Below, one piece after another: positions 58,042 through 64,000 of a stretch of DNA of 64,000 nt. Every line of letters begins with the position of its first letter. The stretch's first letter is position 1. The stretch is from Candidatus Gottesmanbacteria bacterium UBA6580 (GTDB lineage Bacteria > Patescibacteriota > Microgenomatia > UBA10105 > UBA927), in assembly GCA_002433895.1 (NCBI GenBank), contig DJJA01000003.1:447745-511744 (forward strand), in the 5' to 3' direction. The translations under genes were made by a program, and so were the position numbers. The notes under the pieces are model-generated. The model saw only the letters and a program-made list of their open reading frames with translations, was not told the DNA's origin and searched no databases.

Positions 58042-59745
58042 ATGAATTTATTCCGAACGTATTGGAGGCCCACGCTTATTTTTCTTCTGCTCCTTAGTAT
58101 TTTTTTAACCAACGCATTCCACGAAAAATATCCTGACGAGTTTGACAGTATTGTGGGTGGGAGATATATCACCGAAGGGAAATTGCCGTACCGGGATTGG
58201 TTTCAGCATCATCAACCGGGAGCCTATGTCATGGCGGCGACCATCCTCCCGTTTAGCGGCCAGTCATTCGTAAAGTTTAGGATAGGGTGGGAAGTAATGT
58301 TATTTGCCATGCTTGTGGGTTCGTATTTTTTGCTCAAAGCAAGGCTTCCGAAGCGCGATATATCGTTTTACCTCGTGCTTTTATTTGTTTTGGGAATTTC
58401 TGCAACCTATTTTTGGGGGCACATGCTGCTTGCGGATACGTTGGCCGGGTATTTTATGTTGCCGGCATTCGCGCTTCTTTTTCTTAAGGATTACTACAGG
58501 GAAAAATTCGGGGCAACCGATCTCGTTATTGTTGGATGGTTCGCGTTTTTGAGCTGGTTTACCTCCATGACATATATATTTATCGTGGTTGCACTATCGC
58601 TTTACGCGCTCTACCTGTTTATTGCTACTAATACTCAAAAAGCTGTGTTTATGAGGTTGCTTCACGGTATTGGTTTGCTCGCTGTGCCGTATGTGGTGTT
58701 TGGACTTTATTTGCTCTTAAGCGGCAGTATCAAGGATTATTATTGGGCAAACGTTGTTTACAATACTAATTATTATATTTATAACTACCCTCACGAACCG
58801 GGAGCGCCCATTAATCCAATCCGGTATGCCGCGGTCATTTTTGATACATTTATCAATAACTACACGCTTGCGGTGTGGGGCGCAAAAGAGTTTCCGTTAA
58901 GCAACCCCGTGCAGGTGACCATAGCGTTTTCATCCGTGGTTGCGATCATACTGGTGATACTACGCAAACGCTGGTTATTTTTATTCCCGCTTCTGACGAC
59001 GCTTATTTTTTCTAACGCGAGAAGTAATCCCCAGTCCATACGGGAGACCGATTACCAGGCGTTTGTCTATATTATTACTTCGATGTTTAACGGGCTTTTT
59101 TCACTATGGGCAATCCGTGAGCTCATCGATGAGGAAAAAGTAGCCTTCTCTAAAAAAATAACGCTTTCGTTACTCTTTATGGCTCTTACGTTATATTGGA
59201 TTGCAACTCCCATTTACTTCGTGATGAAGATGGAGCAGAAATTTTTTCCGAAATATATGGGAAAGTTGCCGCTAATTTATGACCGGCCACAAGTGGCGCC
59301 ATACATAAACGCGATTGTTTCTCCCGATGATTTAGTTTTTATTGGCCCGTTTGAATTTGAGGAATTGTTTTATCTTCACACCAAACGGCAACCGAGTAAA
59401 TATCACTGGTTTCTAAATCACGCAGCAACGAGCAAAATTAAAGACGAGCTGATAGAGGATTTATCCCGGAACCGCCCGAAGATAGTCGTATTTAACCGGG
59501 GGTTTGCTCCATGGGGCGGAGACGCCACTACCTATAATTGGTGGATGTCGGATTTCCTCGATGAACATTATTTCAGATTATTTTCGCTTAACGAAACACT
59601 TACTGACAAGCAGTACCGCTGGAAGATAGGAAAGACCGAAAATTTCGACATAGATGGGATGTTTAATTTTGATAAACGGTATCAGGCAGAACTTCTGGAT
59701 AAGATGATTTCATTGGGCTATATTGAGGTTATCCCCGGTAAATAA
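58042..59745 (+). CDS. hypothetical polytopic membrane protein with a C-terminal soluble domain
   Basis: About 10 TM helices. No family recognised. Inside the glycosylation island. Confidence 0.5.
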   Translation: MNLFRTYWRPTLIFLLLLSIFLTNAFHEKYPDEFDSIVGGRYITEGKLPYRDWFQHHQPGAYVMAATILPFSGQSFVKFRIGWEVMLFAMLVGSYFLLKARLPKRDISFYLVLLFVLGISATYFWGHMLLADTLAGYFMLPAFALLFLKDYYREKFGATDLVIVGWFAFLSWFTSMTYIFIVVALSLYALYLFIATNTQKAVFMRLLHGIGLLAVPYVVFGLYLLLSGSIKDYYWANVVYNTNYYIYNYPHEPGAPINPIRYAAVIFDTFINNYTLAVWGAKEFPLSNPVQVTIAFSSVVAIILVILRKRWLFLFPLLTTLIFSNARSNPQSIRETDYQAFVYIITSMFNGLFSLWAIRELIDEEKVAFSKKITLSLLFMALTLYWIATPIYFVMKMEQKFFPKYMGKLPLIYDRPQVAPYINAIVSPDDLVFIGPFEFEELFYLHTKRQPSKYHWFLNHAATSKIKDELIEDLSRNRPKIVVFNRGFAPWGGDATTYNWWMSDFLDEHYFRLFSLNETLTDKQYRWKIGKTENFDIDGMFNFDKRYQAELLDKMISLGYIEVIPGK

Positions 59746-59751
59746 ATACCG

Positions 59752-61713
59752 CTATTGCATGAGTAAGGGCGGAGGTAAGCGCTCCAGATCAATCTTCATG
59801 AGGGTGACATGTTCTGTTTTTAGTTCGGGTACCAGCCAGTAAGCAGACTTGGTCGCTTGCACCGCGACACTGGTATCTAATATCAGATAGTCGATCCCTG
59901 AAAGCTTCAGAAGTTTTTTTATTACCCTGGGCGAGCCGGGCTTTGTGATGACGTTCAGGGTATGCTCACGGTCAAGAGTGCGGGCGCCAAATTGCCGGAG
60001 AAGCCCGGGTGAAGACAGATATTGCTGACGGCCGGTGAGAAGATACAAGTACGGGCCGTTTTGATCCGGGCTGATATACCGGGCGGCATTGGCGATAAGC
60101 GAGTCTTCCGGAGTCGTGCGCAGATAATCGATGACCTTTTGTGTATCCGGTTCAACGATCGGGTAAAGATCCCTGACGCGTTTGATATGCTCATTCATTT
60201 CATACGCGGCTCTTGGAAGTGTCATGACAATCACGATAATGGTAATAAATGCATATATAAGTTTGCGTTTGATGAGGATTTCCTGCAGCTTGGTCAGCAC
60301 GAGGGCCGCGTAAAGTGAAAGGAAGAGAAATACGTTGACATGGAAGTTGAATGTATTGCTTCCTCCCGTATTTTGCTGGAAGAATGATCCGATAATAAAG
60401 TGAATGATGAGTGAAGTTACCAGGATGAGGTGCATGTAAAACGGGAACCGTGATGATGTGCCCCGAATAGGGATGAGACCGATAAGTTTGGTGCCAAATA
60501 TGCAGACCATGTAAATCGCCATAAACAGGAGGTCGTATAGCAGCGCCTTGAAGTGTTTATTATCCTGCTCAAAAATCATCCGCGCCATGTCGAGGTGTAT
60601 GAGCGAAAAGCCCGGTTGGGAGATAAAGTTTTCGAACCGCCAAAATTTTACGAAATATAATCCGCCGGCTTCAGCGTTTACAGGGAGATATACAATAGCG
60701 CTTAGTATGAGCGAAACTGTAAGCAGCATCAGCGTGTTCCGTTTTCCTTTTATAAAGTCGTATAACGCGAGCGCGACGAGACCGGTGAGTAAAAAAAATG
60801 CAAGATACACCTTAAGTCCTACCGTGGCTGATAAAAGAAGTGAAAGCGTTATTATTTTCCTGACGTCCAGCTTTTCCCGCCAGAGTGAGTAAAGCGAGAG
60901 CCATACGAGTACGATGACTACGGCATAGCTCCGCGGAGGGTTGCTAAGGAACCGGATACCATCTTCAAGTGAGCTCCCCGGGAACGAAAGGACGCGTTCC
61001 TGTATAAGCGGAATAAGGTAAATCATGTCGCCGCCAAAATAGAAAAAGAAAAGAAGCCATCGGGTGAACACAGGCTTCACGCTAAGGCGCCACGAAAGCG
61101 CGATAAGCGCAAGTCCTAAGGATAACGAAAGTAAAACACCCGAATAACGGAATTGGAGCAATATCTGATCGACATGAAATACCCTTACCGTGTCGGCGAT
61201 GACCAAATTAGACCAGTAATGGTAGTTATGGAGTGTTTGCCCTGTTATACCCGGGTAGTGAGGTGGAAAGGATTCAAGAATCGACTTTGTTATGGATGCG
61301 TACCAAATATTATCGTTTGGGTCGCCGCAGCAAGAAACCCAGGTGTTTCCAGAAGGTTGGAGAACATTCCAGAGCACTATGCTTTGACAGGCAACCCCGA
61401 TAATAAGGAGAATTAATGTTGGTTTATCTTTCCCTATCCCGATGATTGAGTCCCGGATTTCACTGAGAACCTTAGGGTGTTTTATTGTAATCCAAAGAAA
61501 AGCAGCGACACATACCCCCAGATATCCATATACTGCCAAAGGCAGGTGAAGCCATCCAAAAATCCATGCCTGCCATCCCCAAAGCGCTATTCCCAACGGG
61601 GCGGCGAGCACCGTTTGGTATGCCGGCGGCGTCTTCGTTAGTCTGAGCAGGAGCCATCCGGGAATCCAGTATGTGACTGTAAAAATAAGGAGGATATAAA
61701 AAAATACTTCCAT
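59752..61713 (-). CDS. hypothetical large polytopic membrane protein with a C-terminal soluble domain (start chosen at MEVFFYIL, clearing the upstream gene)
   Basis: More than 12 TM helices. The ORF-track start at 61818 would overlap the upstream gene by 104 nt. No family recognised. Confidence 0.5.
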   Translation of the reverse strand: MEVFFYILLIFTVTYWIPGWLLLRLTKTPPAYQTVLAAPLGIALWGWQAWIFGWLHLPLAVYGYLGVCVAAFLWITIKHPKVLSEIRDSIIGIGKDKPTLILLIIGVACQSIVLWNVLQPSGNTWVSCCGDPNDNIWYASITKSILESFPPHYPGITGQTLHNYHYWSNLVIADTVRVFHVDQILLQFRYSGVLLSLSLGLALIALSWRLSVKPVFTRWLLFFFYFGGDMIYLIPLIQERVLSFPGSSLEDGIRFLSNPPRSYAVVIVLVWLSLYSLWREKLDVRKIITLSLLLSATVGLKVYLAFFLLTGLVALALYDFIKGKRNTLMLLTVSLILSAIVYLPVNAEAGGLYFVKFWRFENFISQPGFSLIHLDMARMIFEQDNKHFKALLYDLLFMAIYMVCIFGTKLIGLIPIRGTSSRFPFYMHLILVTSLIIHFIIGSFFQQNTGGSNTFNFHVNVFLFLSLYAALVLTKLQEILIKRKLIYAFITIIVIVMTLPRAAYEMNEHIKRVRDLYPIVEPDTQKVIDYLRTTPEDSLIANAARYISPDQNGPYLYLLTGRQQYLSSPGLLRQFGARTLDREHTLNVITKPGSPRVIKKLLKLSGIDYLILDTSVAVQATKSAYWLVPELKTEHVTLMKIDLERLPPPLLMQ

Positions 61714-61714
61714 A

Positions 61715-63388
61715 TTATTTCGAAAGTGCGGTGACAAACACCGCCGGCGCGTTTCTTCCTGATAGGGTGTCGATATACTGGTATTTGTCACGGTTTTTTT
61801 CAAATTCAATACGGGCAAGGATGAATAGCGTTTTCTCCCGGCTGGTCGCGATTAATTTTTTAGGATCAACCGTTGTGTCATAGAGAAATATTTCATTTTT
61901 ATCCCATTCGGCGCCGGTAAACATATACTTACCCCAACCCCGGGTTGTTCCCTCTCTCTGGTAAAGTCGGGGATCGGTATTGCCCCAGTACAGCATAAAA
62001 ATATAAGGCCGCCAGTGGTATCCTGAGATGACGATACGGTCGTATGACGACTCATTCGCTTTTACGTACCGGATCATTTGCTCATATCCGTCTCCAAACG
62101 CAAGTGCATTTTGTGTGGGATTGACGATTAAATATGAGTGATAGAAAGCATAGAAGAAATACACAAGGAGGAGGGCAAACGGAATTACTCCATAAAATAG
62201 CCTCCGCTTTCGTTCAATAGCAAGCATTAGTTCCGCCGCTCCGAGTCCGGAGCAAATAGCAAGAAATGGGGAAGCAAGCAGTGTCCGGAGCGCGTTGGGT
62301 TGATTTGTGCTTAATGCTCCCGGCAGAAACGCTGCTAAAAACCAGGAGATAAGCAGCCATTTTGAGGGGTGTGAGAAGTTAATAATATACAGGACTCCAA
62401 TTGCTATGGTGACGATCTCAAACGGGTGCTGCAGCCCGTACGCGCTTGTGCCGCTTTCAAATACATGTAGCGGCGCTATGTTTTTCCAGTAATTATCCGC
62501 GGCAGCGGCAATAAGTGCGGTTTTTTGGTTATACAATATTTTGGTAACTATGGTGGGGCTTTCGGCATATTTTTTGATAAACGTGTCTTTCCACGCAAGA
62601 TAGTTCGGATCATTGACGATGCTGACGATAGATATCCGTTCTAATCCTCCGGGGGTTATCATCTGATTGCCAATAGGAAGGAGGGTGATGACAAATAAAA
62701 AGATCGAAGTAAAAATTATGCCTTTATATGAGGCAAGCTTGTTTCGTTGTACCAGTACATATGAAAGGAGGACAAACGGAATTACCAGTCGCACAGAATA
62801 ATAGAAGTACACCGATACGCTCAATAAAAGTGCCGCAAGTATAAGCGCGCGATGTTTTCGTAATGAAAGGAGTAACATATAGGTGCCGAAGCTCAAAAAA
62901 AACAGCGCGCCGTTTGATTCAAATAACTGCCGGGAAAAATTGATATGCCAGGGCGATATCGCGAAGAAAAAAGCGGCTGATAAAGCATATACCTGTGCGG
63001 GTAGTATGCTTGTTGATTTACCTGAGTGATCCCGGTACTGTTTTATAAGTTCATATACCAGCAGATAGACGATAAGTATTGTCAATGATCCGAGTAACGC
63101 TGAAGGGACACGGGCGCCCAACGCAGTGCGTCCGAATAGCAGCACCGAGGGGATAGTGGCGTACACCATGCCGGGAAGTTTATAGTCGTCAAAAGATTTA
63201 AATAGGAGTGGATACGGCTGTCCATATTCATCTTTTCCGGTTACTGCAAGGGAATACGCGTTGTACGCGATTGCTGTTTCATCATGCGAAAGAGATGGCG
63301 GTACGGTGGTGATCCGGTAAAAGCGCAGGAACGTACCCAATAAAACGATTCCCAAAAGTAAGAGTAGATAGGTATATTTTGGTTTCAT
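61715..63388 (-). CDS. GT-C glycosyltransferase, ArnT/PMT-like (GT39-type)
   Basis: YRITTVPPSLSHDETAIAYNAYSL first-loop DE motif and about 12 TM helices. C-terminal domain paralogous to the next gene. Confidence 0.75.
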   Translation of the reverse strand: MKPKYTYLLLLLGIVLLGTFLRFYRITTVPPSLSHDETAIAYNAYSLAVTGKDEYGQPYPLLFKSFDDYKLPGMVYATIPSVLLFGRTALGARVPSALLGSLTILIVYLLVYELIKQYRDHSGKSTSILPAQVYALSAAFFFAISPWHINFSRQLFESNGALFFLSFGTYMLLLSLRKHRALILAALLLSVSVYFYYSVRLVIPFVLLSYVLVQRNKLASYKGIIFTSIFLFVITLLPIGNQMITPGGLERISIVSIVNDPNYLAWKDTFIKKYAESPTIVTKILYNQKTALIAAAADNYWKNIAPLHVFESGTSAYGLQHPFEIVTIAIGVLYIINFSHPSKWLLISWFLAAFLPGALSTNQPNALRTLLASPFLAICSGLGAAELMLAIERKRRLFYGVIPFALLLVYFFYAFYHSYLIVNPTQNALAFGDGYEQMIRYVKANESSYDRIVISGYHWRPYIFMLYWGNTDPRLYQREGTTRGWGKYMFTGAEWDKNEIFLYDTTVDPKKLIATSREKTLFILARIEFEKNRDKYQYIDTLSGRNAPAVFVTALSK

Positions 63389-63389
63389 A

Positions 63390-64000
63390 CTATTTGTCCG
63401 TATCGATGACTACAAACTGCGCTGTATTATCCGGCAGGCGTATGGTTGCGGTTATTTTTGGTCCGAGGGTATCCGGCGCTTCATCGCGGTTAACAATAAG
63501 CAGTGTGTTAGGGCGGGCCATATCCTTATCCCAATCGATAGCACGGAATGAAAACCTTCCAAATCCTGCAACATCAGTAAATCCGTCCCGTGAAATAGGG
63601 TAGCGCACGGCTTGTTGCTGATAATCCCGGGGGTTATAGCCGCTATAAAACAATACATAGATATAGGGTGATGTTTCAGGGTGCGTCATAATAACATCTT
63701 TACCGCTGTTTTCTGGGCGCATAAGTAGCGGTGTGAGCATCTTGTATGCGTATCCCCAATTGGCGGCTTCCTTGACGGGGAAGTGGGCATAATACCTATC
63801 AAGATAGTATCCCATGGTACTTCCATAAAAAATAATAAGAATTGCACAAAGTGCAGCGCTTGCTTTTTTGGGTATCTGATGCATGAGTTCATTTATTCCT
63901 GCGGCCGTAGCGAGCGCGAGCGCCGGGACAATGGCCAGCATGCGGTTGCTATGGGGCGCGTCTTTGGTAATCGCCGCGGCAACTCCGCCAATGATGAGCC
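63390..64000 (-). CDS. ArnT/PMT-like GT-C membrane protein, 3' portion (N-terminus lies beyond the window end)
   Basis: The frame stays open to position 64000. The C-terminal soluble domain resembles that of 61715 (PYIYVLFYSGYNPRDYQ versus PYIFMLYWGNTDPRLYQ). Confidence 0.6.
   Translation of the reverse strand, partial: LIIGGVAAAITKDAPHSNRMLAIVPALALATAAGINELMHQIPKKASAALCAILIIFYGSTMGYYLDRYYAHFPVKEAANWGYAYKMLTPLLMRPENSGKDVIMTHPETSPYIYVLFYSGYNPRDYQQQAVRYPISRDGFTDVAGFGRFSFRAIDWDKDMARPNTLLIVNRDEAPDTLGPKITATIRLPDNTAQFVVIDTDK

Noticed and set aside
61714-61818. ORF-track 5' extension of the minus-strand membrane protein gene (MPVLNLKKTVTNTS...)
   Set aside because: It would overlap the upstream ArnT-like gene by 104 nt. 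The internal Met at 61713 gives a hydrophobic TM start and clears that gene.

Overview
This 64-kb window is a gene-dense bacterial chromosomal segment with about 50% GC. It has very strong strand bias, many 4-nt ATGA start/stop overlaps, and looks like a small-genome, CPR/Patescibacteria-like or Gram-positive-like organism. There are no rRNA, tRNA, CRISPR, integrase or transposase signals.

The first 12.4 kb is all on the + strand:
- a histone-deacetylase-family amidohydrolase;
- a class I (archaeal-type) lysyl-tRNA synthetase carrying a C-terminal B3/4-domain extension;
- an HD hydrolase, RdgB/Ham1, SerRS, a spermidine-synthase-like enzyme and SecA;
- a DUF2177/DUF1295/hypothetical triad;
- a DsbA-like oxidoreductase with a C-terminal His/Cys-rich domain.

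The middle section follows.
- 12.4-19.3 kb carries a minus-strand tripartite ABC exporter (adaptor, ATPase, MacB/FtsX-type permease) and a small heat-shock protein. The heat-shock gene sits behind a textbook CIRCE (HrcA) operator and a sigma70-like promoter.
- It also carries a DsbA-like protein whose two thioredoxin half-domains appear in swapped order, and the ruvC-ruvA-ruvB cluster.
- From about 20.9 kb a nearly unbroken + strand array runs for about 39 kb. It contains a Fur-family (Zur-like) regulator with a ZIP metal transporter, RF2, and ftsE-ftsX.
- Next come an EnvC-like coiled-coil M23 peptidase whose M23 motifs appear in permuted order, a Pro/Thr-rich surface protein, and VanZ.
- The array continues with the t6A genes tsaE, tsaC and a short tsaB, and a CAP-domain protein.

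The array ends in a large cell-envelope glycosylation island from 31 kb to 64 kb.
- Its sugar-nucleotide genes are rmlA-like, rmlB, rmlD, ugd and a Gmd/Rmd-like dehydratase/reductase. No rmlC is present.
- It encodes a polyprenol-phosphate-sugar synthase (GT2 with a GtrA tail), a Wzx-like flippase, six further GT2/GT4 transferases and a methyltransferase.
- It has an exceptional density of large polytopic GT-C-like membrane proteins: at least five ArnT/PMT-like proteins plus two paralog pairs (YfhO-like and PTPS-related-like).
- A single antisense SemiSWEET-like (PQ-loop) gene is embedded in it.

The most notable observations are the LysRS-I/B3/4 fusion, the two apparently circularly permuted domains (DsbA and M23), the CIRCE-controlled hsp20, the Zur promoter with an embedded perfect palindrome on a near-leaderless transcript, and the GT-C-rich glycosylation island.
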